Part shown: piece after piece, positions 18,049-26,596 of the stretch | Layout: every line of letters begins with the position of its first letter | How positions within the stretch are numbered: the first letter of the stretch is position 1 | Assembly: GCA_963665125.2 (NCBI GenBank) | Contig: CAXXUK010000002.1 | Location: 320,001 to 384,000, forward strand | Origin: an uncultured Desulfarculus sp. | GTDB lineage: Bacteria; Desulfobacterota; Desulfarculia; Desulfarculales; Desulfarculaceae | Length of the DNA stretch: 64,000 nucleotides | Direction: 5' to 3' | Made by a program: the position numbers and the translations under genes | The notes under the pieces: model-generated | What the model saw: the letters and a program-made list of their open reading frames with translations, nothing else | Database searches by the model: none | Told to the model about the DNA's origin: nothing

Positions 18049-18206
18049 AGGTGTATCCTTTCCGCCGGGTCTGGCGCGCCTAGTTTTATCCTAGGCATTG
18101 CCCTAATTATGAATGCGTATAATGGTTTTGCAACCAATGGGGCTAAAAAATCAGCGGTCCTGCGAAAGCACCGCGCGGACCGCTGGTTTAATCATGGGGC
18201 TAAGGG

Positions 18207-18746
18207 CTAGCAGCTTTCGCCATCACCCATTTGCAAGGCTTTGTACATCGTACCCAGGCTGATCATGCCTGCGCCGTGGACAAGGGCCTCGAAGATGTCT
18301 TTTTCGGACCAGCCCATGGCTTTGAGGTCGCCGATGTCTCCGGCGTTTACTTTTTCCGGGGTTTTGCAGGCCTTGAGCACGAATAAAAGGAGCGCGCGCT
18401 CGTTGTTGGGCAGGGGTGCCTTGGTGGGGTCGGCCAGGATATGGGCAACTTGGTCGTCACTGGTAATGCCCAGGCTCTTGAGCACGCCGGCGTTGAAGGA
18501 TATGCAATACTCAAAGCCCAGCTCCTCGGACACTAGCATGCGGATGAACGCCGTCAGACCCATGCTCAGGGCCGATTGACTGTAATAATAGTGAATGAAA
18601 TGTTTTTGGATAGATTGGAGGCCGGGGCTGAGGGACCACATCTGGAACGGCCGGGGCACCATTCCGGAGGCGCCCAGGAAAAAATCGTAGTTTTCTTTTA
18701 CCTCGCCCGTGGCGGTTTCCACTGGGACTGGCTGCAACAGCGACAT
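18207..18746 (-). CDS. AhpD/carboxymuconolactone decarboxylase-like protein
   Basis: ATGEVKENY..VPRPF; VSEELGFEYCI; GWSEKDIFEA; GGAGG RBS. Confidence 0.75.
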   Translation of the reverse strand: MSLLQPVPVETATGEVKENYDFFLGASGMVPRPFQMWSLSPGLQSIQKHFIHYYYSQSALSMGLTAFIRMLVSEELGFEYCISFNAGVLKSLGITSDDQVAHILADPTKAPLPNNERALLLFVLKACKTPEKVNAGDIGDLKAMGWSEKDIFEALVHGAGMISLGTMYKALQMGDGESC

Positions 18747-18898
18747 GGCATCCTCCTATTATTAGCGGCTTGTGACGATGTTCCAGCTTAGGCTGACCCA
18801 AAGCAGCCGTCAAATTAATTCCGTGTCGCGAAGTAGGTAATCGCCGCCCGAGCGGGCAACTTGGCCGCAACTTGCTGGAACAGCCGCCCAAGACCCGC

Positions 18899-19579
18899 CT
18901 ACCGGGCCAAGCGGCGGGCGATCTTTTCCGAGCGCAACTCCCGCAAAACATCAGAGGCGATCCAGCGGGCGCTGGGGCTGTCGAGAGTCTTCAACTCCTC
19001 GGCGGCGTGGATGGCCGCCGCGTTTAAGGCAAGGTTGCGCTTGCCGATCTGACGCAGGGCCCAGCTTACGGCTTTTTTGACATAGCCCCGCTCGTCCGCG
19101 GCCTGGGCCGTGATGTGGGGCAGCAGCCGGATGAAGTGATAGTCCGGCGCTTTCTTGTCGTGCACGGCAAGGGTGGTCATCAGCACCAGACCGGCCCGCC
19201 GTACGAACTCTTCGGGCCTGCGCGACCACTCCACCGCGATTTCATAGGCCTCGGGGTGCCTGCGGAACAGGTTCATGCAGCAGATATCGCATATATCCCA
19301 CGAATCCATGTCCGTGGCCCAGTCGTCCATAAGGCCGCGCTCCAGCTTTTTGGGCTCGGCCACAAGGCAGGCCAGGAGCCGGGCTTCGTGCACGCCGGTT
19401 TGCCAGAGCTCACCGGCCAGAACGTTGTCCTTGGCCATGCCTTTGGCATAGGCCCGCAGGTCTTTCACCGTAACGCCTAGGGCGCGCCCGGTGTTGATGC
19501 CGAAATGGGCCATCTTGGCCAAATGCTCCGGGGTGGCCATCCCGCGCAGGTCGTTGAGGATGTCTTGGCTGGTGGGCAT
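18899..19579 (-). CDS. DNA alkylation repair protein (AlkD-like)
   Basis: ELW..GVHEARLLA, DSWDICD, EFVRRAG, YVKKAVSWALRQIGKRN. Confidence 0.9.
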   Translation of the reverse strand: MPTSQDILNDLRGMATPEHLAKMAHFGINTGRALGVTVKDLRAYAKGMAKDNVLAGELWQTGVHEARLLACLVAEPKKLERGLMDDWATDMDSWDICDICCMNLFRRHPEAYEIAVEWSRRPEEFVRRAGLVLMTTLAVHDKKAPDYHFIRLLPHITAQAADERGYVKKAVSWALRQIGKRNLALNAAAIHAAEELKTLDSPSARWIASDVLRELRSEKIARRLAR

Positions 19580-19588
19580 TGCTTTGCC

Positions 19589-20383
19589 TTACATATGATG
19601 GGCCTGGCCGATGAGCACCCGCACCAGGGCGGTGATGAAAAAACCCACCAGCATCAGCTTGAAGCCCCGGCTGCTGCCGCAGTCGGCGATGAGCGGCGAT
19701 TTATGCAGGTCATGCAATGTGGCCATGTACAAAAACGTGCCCGCGGCCATGGCTAGGATCACGCCCTTGACCGGCCAGGCCGCCGGACCGGTGATAAACG
19801 AATGCACGTCCCGGCCCACCAGGATGCCCAGGGGCGTGGAGCAGGCAAAGCAGCTGAACAGCAGCAGACTCTGTTTGCGGGTCATGGTGCTGCGGGCCAT
19901 CTTCAGGGCCAGGGCGAATGCCGCCGTGCCCTTGTGGATGATGATGGCCAGGAATATCATCAGGGCGGCGGGCTGTTCGCTGACGCCCAGGGCCGCGCCC
20001 AGGAAAAACGACGGGATGGCGATCATGGTGGTCATTACGATGGGAAACAGCGGCGACGAAAGACCGCTGGCGTCCCGGTCGCGCTCCTGCACGTGCACGG
20101 CCCAGTGCTCCAGCCGCAAGAGCAGGATGAACATGACGATGGCGATGCACGAGGCCAGGGGGAAATTCAGGTTGGGATAGGCCTTGCCCAGCAGGCCGAA
20201 AGCCCCGGGCAGCATGATCAACATGCACAGGGCCAGAAACACGCCCGCGGCAAAGGCCTGGCCGCCGGGGAAACCCTTGGAGTCCCGGGCCCGCTGGGGC
20301 TGCATCAGGGGCAGCCAGCCACCGGCAAAGGTCACGCCCAGAATCACCACGATTGCCAGCCAGTCAAACCAGGTGAGCATCAT
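19589..20383 (-). CDS. ZIP-family metal transporter
   Basis: FAAGVFL, AIIIHKG, TPLGI, AAGTFLY; multiple TM helices. Confidence 0.85.
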   Translation of the reverse strand: MMLTWFDWLAIVVILGVTFAGGWLPLMQPQRARDSKGFPGGQAFAAGVFLALCMLIMLPGAFGLLGKAYPNLNFPLASCIAIVMFILLLRLEHWAVHVQERDRDASGLSSPLFPIVMTTMIAIPSFFLGAALGVSEQPAALMIFLAIIIHKGTAAFALALKMARSTMTRKQSLLLFSCFACSTPLGILVGRDVHSFITGPAAWPVKGVILAMAAGTFLYMATLHDLHKSPLIADCGSSRGFKLMLVGFFITALVRVLIGQAHHM

Positions 20384-20439
20384 CTCCGTCCTTGATCAAA
20401 ATGGCCCGCTGCTACAGGCCGGGAGGCTTTTAAACAAAC

Positions 20440-20667
20440 TCATTGGGATTTGGATTCAGAGTCGCTCTTGGCCTTTTCGTCCTTGGTGACCGGGCTTTGG
20501 ACCTTGTAGCCCTCGTCCCGCAGGATATAGCCGCCCGCCGCGCCAGCTCCGCCGGCGATGAGATAACCGCAGCCAAGGCTGGGCAGGGCCAAGGCCGCGG
20601 CAATGGCCAGAATCAGCAAGTGTTTAATTATTGATTTGTTTCCGGGGGCGGCGCTTGATCTGATCAT
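20440..20667 (-). CDS. Small putative lipoprotein
   Basis: SLGCGYLIAGGAGAAGGY glycine-zipper-like segment; GGAG RBS. Confidence 0.65.
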   Translation of the reverse strand: MIRSSAAPGNKSIIKHLLILAIAAALALPSLGCGYLIAGGAGAAGGYILRDEGYKVQSPVTKDEKAKSDSESKSQ

Positions 20668-20781
20668 GTTTCATCTTCTCCTTGATTAGTCGATGTCTGA
20701 ATCATCGAAGCAAGCCGGATACATATTCTATTTAACACAAATTCGGAGTGGGGCTGAAAACACTTCATTATAAAACATGCC

Positions 20782-20809
20782 TTGACAAAAATAGCCTAGG
20801 CAATAAAAT
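20782..20809 (+). promoter_or_regulatory. Sigma-70 promoter with overlapping palindrome (likely MarR operator)
   Basis: TTGACA-16 bp-TAAAAT; near-perfect palindrome ATAGCCTAGGCAAT at 20791-20804. Confidence 0.55.
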
Positions 20810-20838
20810 ATGCGGCAAACACTTTCGGAGCGGCAGTC

Positions 20839-21306
20839 ATGAGCCCCAAAACAATGCGTTACCCCTATGATCCGGAACAGTCGGCCAGCAACCTGATCCA
20901 CCGCCTGGGCCGCCTGATTCGCCAGGGCGCCGCGCAATACCTGGTCGACCAAGGCGCGGGCGTGACGCCCGAGCAATGGGGCCTTCTGGTCAAGCTGGCG
21001 GCCAGCCTGGGCGCAACCCAGGTCTCCCTGGCCGATCCGCTGCTCAAGGACCACGCCAACATCACCCGGATGCTCGACGGCCTGCAACGCCGGGGGTTGA
21101 TCCGGCGAAGGCCCAACCCCGGCGACCGCCGCAGCCACCATATCCATCTGACCGATGCGGGTCGGGAGTTCGTCGACGATTTGCTGCCCGGCGTCTTGGA
21201 GCAAAAGGCCCGCTGGTTCGAGGGCATGAACCAGGCCCAGCTGGATCAGCTCGTGGAGTTGCTGAAGCTGCTGGAAGCCAATATCCGGGATGCGGACAAT
21301 GACTGA
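20839..21306 (+). CDS. MarR-family transcriptional regulator
   Basis: VTPEQW, NITRMLDGL..GLI.R...DRRS..I.LT..G. Confidence 0.93.
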   Translation: MSPKTMRYPYDPEQSASNLIHRLGRLIRQGAAQYLVDQGAGVTPEQWGLLVKLAASLGATQVSLADPLLKDHANITRMLDGLQRRGLIRRRPNPGDRRSHHIHLTDAGREFVDDLLPGVLEQKARWFEGMNQAQLDQLVELLKLLEANIRDADND

Positions 21307-21757
21307 AACTAGGACTCCAAAACCAGCGGCGGACCTTGTGCGGGAATTGGCCCAAAACGGGCGGTCCTGCGCCGAGGCCATGCTGGCGGCCCACGGCCCG
21401 GCCATGGGGCTGGACGAACAAACCGCCGTCAAATTGGCCTCGGGCCTGGGAGGCGGCATGGGTCTGATGGGCGATACGTGCGGTGCGCTGACCGCGGCCT
21501 ATCTGGTCATCGGCCTGTGCTTGGGCGTCAGCGGTCCGGCCGATATGTACGGCAGGCAAAACGTATATCTGCTGGTGCAGGAATGCGCCGAACGCTTTCG
21601 GCAGGCAACGGGCTCCACCCAATGCCGGGACCTGTGCCTGGCCGCCCATGCCGGGGACGAGTCCTGGATGACCAAGGCCCGTCAAAGCGGGCAGGCCTTG
21701 CGGATAATAGAGATTGCCGCCGGGATTCTCGATGACCTGCTGGCGGAAAACGGCTAG
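21299..21757 (+). CDS. C-GCAxxG-C-C family putative redox protein
   Basis: SCAEAML, GLGGGMG..GDTCGALT, GSTQCRDL. Confidence 0.88.
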   Translation: MTETRTPKPAADLVRELAQNGRSCAEAMLAAHGPAMGLDEQTAVKLASGLGGGMGLMGDTCGALTAAYLVIGLCLGVSGPADMYGRQNVYLLVQECAERFRQATGSTQCRDLCLAAHAGDESWMTKARQSGQALRIIEIAAGILDDLLAENG

Positions 21758-23877
21758 TCGTGCCTGAAAACGCGGACGCGGTTTTTGCCTTCCTCTTTGG
21801 CCTGGTACAGGGCCTGGTCGGCCGCCTGGAGCAAATGGGCCGGGCTTTTGAAATGCTCGTCAAACTCGGACAGGCCCGCGCTCATGGTTATGCTGAAGGA
21901 CTGGCCGCCGGGGGACTGGATCAAGGTTTGTTCCACCTGACAGCGTATACGTTCAACTGTTTGGGCGGCTTCGGCCAAGCCGGTGTGGGGCAGGATCAGG
22001 CAGAACTCCTCTCCGCCGTAGCGGCCGCAGCAGTCTGACTCGCGCACTCCGCTGCACATCACTTCGGCCAGGGCTTTGAGCGTCTGATCGCCTATGTTGT
22101 GGCCAAAGCGGTCGTTGACGCTCTTGAAATCGTCCAGGTCAATCATGCATACGCACAGCGGGGCGCCGTAGCGGCTGCTGCGCTTGAATTCGTCGTTCAA
22201 GATCCGCAACAGTTTGCGCCGGTTGAAGATGCCGGTGAGCTCGTCGGTGACGGCCTGCTCCCTGAGAAGGCTTTCGGCCTGTTTTCGCTTGGTGATGTCC
22301 TGGAAAAAACCCTCAATCAGGGCCTCGCCCCTTACCCGGCGGATGGTGACCGTTGCCGTGATATCCCGGCCGGCGCCTGTCTGGCATTGCGTTTCAAAGG
22401 AAAGCCATCCGCTGAGGCGGGCAATTTTTTGGTAATGGGGTCCCAGCAATAACTCCTTCTGGTTGGGGCCGCCGGGTTGACCCAGAAATGCGATCAATCC
22501 TTCAGCCGAGGCGCAACCCATCATCTGGGCCATGGCCTGGTTGCAATCGGTGAGGCCGCCTTCCAGGTCGCAGTGAAAAATGCCGATGGGCGCGTTACGG
22601 TATATCTCGCGGTAATGCTCCTCGCTGGCCCGCAGTTTCCGGGTGCGTTCCTCCACCAGTTCTTCCAACTGGCTGCGGTAGCCTTTGAGCTCTTCCTCGG
22701 CCTCGATGCGCGGGGAAATATCGCTGCCGATGCCCAGGCCCTGCATCTGGCCCGTTGCTTCATCAACAATGGCCTTGATGTTCCAGGCCACCCAGATGGG
22801 TTGGCCGTCTTTGCAATAGGTTCGCCGCACCAAATAGCGGTATTGCTCGGGGTTGCGGCTGATGTCTCCCAACAGAGACGACATGTCCGCCTCTCCCTGG
22901 GCCACGGAAGCCATGATGGCTCCGGCCAAGGGGCGGCCAAGCAATTCTTGTTTTTTATAGCCCAGGGTGCGCTCGGCGAATTCATTGAAAAAGGTTATGG
23001 TGCCGTCATCGGTCCAGCGGATGACCATGCTGTTGGCGTTTTCCAGCAGTTCGCGGTACCTAGCCTCGCTTTCCCGCAGGGCCTGTTCCACCCTGTCGCG
23101 TTCGACAAAGGTCTTGTCCAACTTTGATTTGCTGATAATCATGGCGTCAAAGACCGGCAGGAAGGGATGGTTCGGATCTATATCCCAATGGAAAGACTCG
23201 CTGGGGGCCTGCCAGTCGATTTCCTTCAGGAATTTGGTGAGGTCTTCGATGTATTTTTGTTGCCTGCCGGCCCTGCCGATGACCTGTAGCGGCCGGATTA
23301 GCCATTGGCGCCAGCCGGTCCTGTTGGCGGGCGCGCCATCGGCCGGGTTGACAGAGAGAGTCGAACCGGAGCGGCCCGGGGCCTTTGGCCGCAGCAAGTC
23401 CTGGGCCCGCAATATGGCGGCTTGGTAGTCGTTTTCGATCCAGGCGCTGAAACTGACGATGCCCATGGCCTGACCCATGCGGATGCTCATTCGTTGCATC
23501 TGGGTCGTATTGAAAAAGACCACGCCCAGCGGGTTCTTCTGCTTGACCATGTCGTCGATGAAATACTTGCGGGCCTGGAATGTCGAGCCCTGGTAATCGC
23601 GCCAATCCTGCAGCACCACAAAGGGTTTTTCCGTGGATATAAACTTGCTTATCAGAATGTTCCCGACATCAACTGACTTTTTCTCGGCTTCATAATCCGA
23701 AAAGCCGTGGCCCTGGTACATGATGATGGAGTCGCCGATTATCGTGTAACTGCACGAGAACGCCTCGCTGCAATAGACGTCGCGCCATTGGGGCTTTTGG
23801 ATGACCGGCAACCCGCTGACCGGGCAATAACCCGTGTGTTCGGTAGTGTCGGGGTTTGTGTCTTTGGCTCGGTTCAA
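21754..23877 (-). CDS. PAS-PAS diguanylate cyclase with uncharacterised N-terminal domain
   Basis: TDELTGIFNRR, DLDDFKSVNDRFGH, RESD (I-site), RYGGEEF. Confidence 0.92.
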   Translation of the reverse strand: MNRAKDTNPDTTEHTGYCPVSGLPVIQKPQWRDVYCSEAFSCSYTIIGDSIIMYQGHGFSDYEAEKKSVDVGNILISKFISTEKPFVVLQDWRDYQGSTFQARKYFIDDMVKQKNPLGVVFFNTTQMQRMSIRMGQAMGIVSFSAWIENDYQAAILRAQDLLRPKAPGRSGSTLSVNPADGAPANRTGWRQWLIRPLQVIGRAGRQQKYIEDLTKFLKEIDWQAPSESFHWDIDPNHPFLPVFDAMIISKSKLDKTFVERDRVEQALRESEARYRELLENANSMVIRWTDDGTITFFNEFAERTLGYKKQELLGRPLAGAIMASVAQGEADMSSLLGDISRNPEQYRYLVRRTYCKDGQPIWVAWNIKAIVDEATGQMQGLGIGSDISPRIEAEEELKGYRSQLEELVEERTRKLRASEEHYREIYRNAPIGIFHCDLEGGLTDCNQAMAQMMGCASAEGLIAFLGQPGGPNQKELLLGPHYQKIARLSGWLSFETQCQTGAGRDITATVTIRRVRGEALIEGFFQDITKRKQAESLLREQAVTDELTGIFNRRKLLRILNDEFKRSSRYGAPLCVCMIDLDDFKSVNDRFGHNIGDQTLKALAEVMCSGVRESDCCGRYGGEEFCLILPHTGLAEAAQTVERIRCQVEQTLIQSPGGQSFSITMSAGLSEFDEHFKSPAHLLQAADQALYQAKEEGKNRVRVFRHD

Positions 23878-24104
23878 GGCTTAATTGTCCTGCGAGCGTC
23901 GGTGTGGCGTGCGGTTCCTAATAGATTAATAGCCTTTTTACTGCGGATCGTCAGATTATGCACGTCGTGCAATATTACAATTAAATGTCTATTCGTGGCC
24001 AGTTTTTCCTCCCCGTAATCCGTTCGGTGCCGGAATAGGCGCTGCCGGGCTTACGAATATGCTAAAACATATGAGATATTGTCCGCCGTACTCGGGAGGA
24101 AACA

Positions 24105-24884
24105 ATGGGCCGTGTTATTATCGACCTTTCCGTTGCAATAGAGCATGGACTGCCCAGCGACCCGGAAATGATGATACCCCAGGTGGGATATATTGATCAT
24201 GCCATGGGCGCTGAGCAGATGGAACAATTCTTTCCGGGCCTGAAAAAGCAGGATCTGCCCGGCGGCCTGGGCTGGGCCGTGGAAAGCCTGACGCTGACCA
24301 GCCACAGCGGCACTCACCTGGACGCTCCGTTTCATTACCACCCGTCCATGGACGGCGGCAAACCGTCCCTGACCATCGACGAAGTGCCCCTGGAATGGTG
24401 CTACGGCAACGGCGTTGTCCTAAACTTCAGCGGCAGGCCCGACGGCTACGGCGTCACGGCCGATGATGTCGAGGCCGAACTTTCCCGCATCGGTTATGAT
24501 CTCAAACCGCTGGATATCGTCCTTGTGCGTAGCGGCGCCCCCCGCAACTGGGGCAAGGCCGAATACCTGGTCAGCGGCTGCGGCATGACCCGCCAGTCCA
24601 CCCTCTATTTATTGGAACGTGGCGTGCGGGTGGTGGGCATAGACGCCTGGAGCTGGGACCGGCCCCTGCCGTTCCAGGCCCAGGACTTTGCCAAGACCGG
24701 CGACGCCTCGCTGATCTGGGAGGCCCACTTCGCCGGTATCGAGTGCGGCTATTGCCACATGGAGAAGATGTTCAACCTTGAAGCCATACCCAGGCCTTTC
24801 GGCTTCAAGGTGGCCTGCTTCCCCATCAAGATAAAAAAGGCTTCCGGCGGTTGGTGCCGCCCGGTGGCCATCATCGAAGACTGA
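24105..24884 (+). CDS. Cyclase-family (kynurenine formamidase-like) metal hydrolase
   Basis: HSGTHLDAP.H motif; VVGIDAWSWD. Confidence 0.9.
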   Translation: MGRVIIDLSVAIEHGLPSDPEMMIPQVGYIDHAMGAEQMEQFFPGLKKQDLPGGLGWAVESLTLTSHSGTHLDAPFHYHPSMDGGKPSLTIDEVPLEWCYGNGVVLNFSGRPDGYGVTADDVEAELSRIGYDLKPLDIVLVRSGAPRNWGKAEYLVSGCGMTRQSTLYLLERGVRVVGIDAWSWDRPLPFQAQDFAKTGDASLIWEAHFAGIECGYCHMEKMFNLEAIPRPFGFKVACFPIKIKKASGGWCRPVAIIED

Positions 24885-24888
24885 GCTA

Positions 24889-26076
24889 TTGAGGTCCGGT
24901 TTGGCAGCTTGGCGCAACAACGGCGGATTATCGTCCTTGCGGGTGGATGTACCGGAAGAGGCCAAGGCCGATCTGCGGCGAAAAATCCTCAACACCAACA
25001 TCCGCAGGCAGCGCTACGTGGCGGTGTTGGGAGTCTGCGCGGCGCTGTTTCTGACCGGCCTGGCCCTTCTGGCGCCCGAGCACTGGTTTGGCCCCAATTA
25101 CTCGTATTGGCGGCCAAGGCTTCTGGCCATGCGCGTTTTCTTGCTTTGCCTGAACATATTTTATTTGGTGATATCCAGCGCCGCGATCCGCAAGAACGCC
25201 ACCGACAGGACAAAGGCGGTTTGCGATTTTATCTTCAGGACCGGTCTTGCGTTGTTCCTGGGCTTCTGGGTGGGCTATTTTTCGCCCCTGATGCATGCCG
25301 CGGCGTTGTTTCTGTTTGGCGTGCTGGTGATGGCCGTGTTTTTGATTTCCACTCCGCTGACCAACATCTTGACCTTTGGCCTTTGCCTGGTTGCCACGAC
25401 CCTGGCCATGTTTTCGCTCAACGGCATGAGCCGGCCCGAGGCCTCCGAGATAATGATCAACGCCTTGGTTGTGACGCTGTTCGCCATGGCCATCGCCCAA
25501 TTTGTTTATATGCGGGAGGTGCGGGATTTCCTGCAACGCAGAACAATCGCCCGGCAAAACCGCAAACTGAAGCGTTATGCCATGATCGACGGCCTGACCG
25601 GCGTGGCCAACCGCAGAAATTTTGACCAGGCCCTGGAACGGGAGTGGAGCCGGGCATTGGTGCAAAAACAGCCCCTGAGCGTAATCATGGCCGATATAGA
25701 CCACTTCAAGGCGTTCAACGACATCTACGGCCACTTGGCCGGGGACGATTGCCTCAAGGCCGTGGCCCAGGCCCTTGATGATTGCCTTTCCCGTGAAGGC
25801 GACCTGTTGGCCCGCTACGGCGGTGAAGAGTTTGCCGTTATTCTGCCGGGCACCCAAGAGGATGGCGCGATGAGCCTGTGCCGCCGCATGAGTAAGGCGG
25901 TTCATAATATGGGCGTCGCCCACCAAGGATCGGACATGGGCAAGTTGACCATAAGCCTGGGCGCGGCCACGCTGATTCCCCGGATCGACAACGCTCCCCA
26001 GAGTCTTGTCGCCGCAGCCGACAAGGCCCTGTATCAGGCCAAGGACCAGGGGCGCGACCGCGCCGCCGCCGCCTGA
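24889..26076 (+). CDS. Membrane-bound diguanylate cyclase
   Basis: Several TM helices; DGLTGVANRR, REGD, RYGGEEF; start uncertain. Confidence 0.9.
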   Translation: MRSGLAAWRNNGGLSSLRVDVPEEAKADLRRKILNTNIRRQRYVAVLGVCAALFLTGLALLAPEHWFGPNYSYWRPRLLAMRVFLLCLNIFYLVISSAAIRKNATDRTKAVCDFIFRTGLALFLGFWVGYFSPLMHAAALFLFGVLVMAVFLISTPLTNILTFGLCLVATTLAMFSLNGMSRPEASEIMINALVVTLFAMAIAQFVYMREVRDFLQRRTIARQNRKLKRYAMIDGLTGVANRRNFDQALEREWSRALVQKQPLSVIMADIDHFKAFNDIYGHLAGDDCLKAVAQALDDCLSREGDLLARYGGEEFAVILPGTQEDGAMSLCRRMSKAVHNMGVAHQGSDMGKLTISLGAATLIPRIDNAPQSLVAAADKALYQAKDQGRDRAAAA

Positions 26077-26112
26077 AACAACGCAACATCCTGAAATCAC
26101 CGATCGGTCCAG

Positions 26113-26137
26113 AAAAATGGCCCAGACGGCCATTTTT
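26113..26137. terminator. Bidirectional intrinsic terminator
   Basis: AAAAATGGCC-CAGAC-GGCCATTTTT. Confidence 0.55.
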
Positions 26138-26212
26138 ATCTAATGCTGTCCGCCCAAAATTCCGAAAGATAAGATGACACTGGTCAACCTAATTCCAAGG
26201 AAGGAAACTCCA

Positions 26213-26371
26213 ATGGAAGTCGCATATCTGGCCCTTTCCGTAGCGGGGATGCTTGTGGCGGTGTCCTTGTCCCTCCGGGACGAAAAACGCCGGGACAAGG
26301 AAATTGCCCAATGCCTTGCTGAAATCACGATGGCAAAAGAAAACAACGGTATCAACACCGACAGACGCTAG
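26213..26371 (+). CDS. Small single-TM protein (52 aa)
   Basis: AGGAAGG RBS; hydrophobic N-terminus followed by a charged tail. Confidence 0.5.
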   Translation: MEVAYLALSVAGMLVAVSLSLRDEKRRDKEIAQCLAEITMAKENNGINTDRR

Positions 26372-26382
26372 CCGTCTTCAAT

Positions 26383-26505
26383 CGCCCCGGCCCTCCGCGG
26401 TGCAGTGCTCGGCTACCCAAAAGTCCGAGACCTGTTAGCCGCCTGCGCTGACAAGGAGGGGACCGACCCGGACCGGGGTTGCCGCCCGCCGCGGATACCG
26501 GGGTG
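26383..26505 (+). ncRNA. Candidate structured RNA (long interrupted rod)
   Basis: Nested complementarity CGCCCCGG/CCGGGGTG, TCCGCGGTG/CGCCGCGGA, GTCC/GGAC, TGTTAGC/GCTGACA; G-U pairs favour the + strand. Confidence 0.4.
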
Positions 26506-26517
26506 TGCCAACACCAA

Positions 26518-26566
26518 GCCCCTCTGGCCTGGACTGGGGAGTCCAGGCCGGGGGGGCGATCTTTTT
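26518..26566 (+). terminator. Intrinsic terminator
   Basis: 18-bp stem (2 G-U) GCCCCTCTGGCCTGGACT/AGTCCAGGCCGGGGGGGC followed by a T-rich tract. Confidence 0.65.
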
Positions 26567-26596
26567 AATATAGCCTGTATCGCCGCTAATGCCGAG

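Noticed and set aside
26420..26436. AAGTCCGAGACCTG resembling the 3' end of a cobalamin riboswitch
   Set aside because: Other conserved riboswitch elements are absent and there is no downstream co-oriented gene
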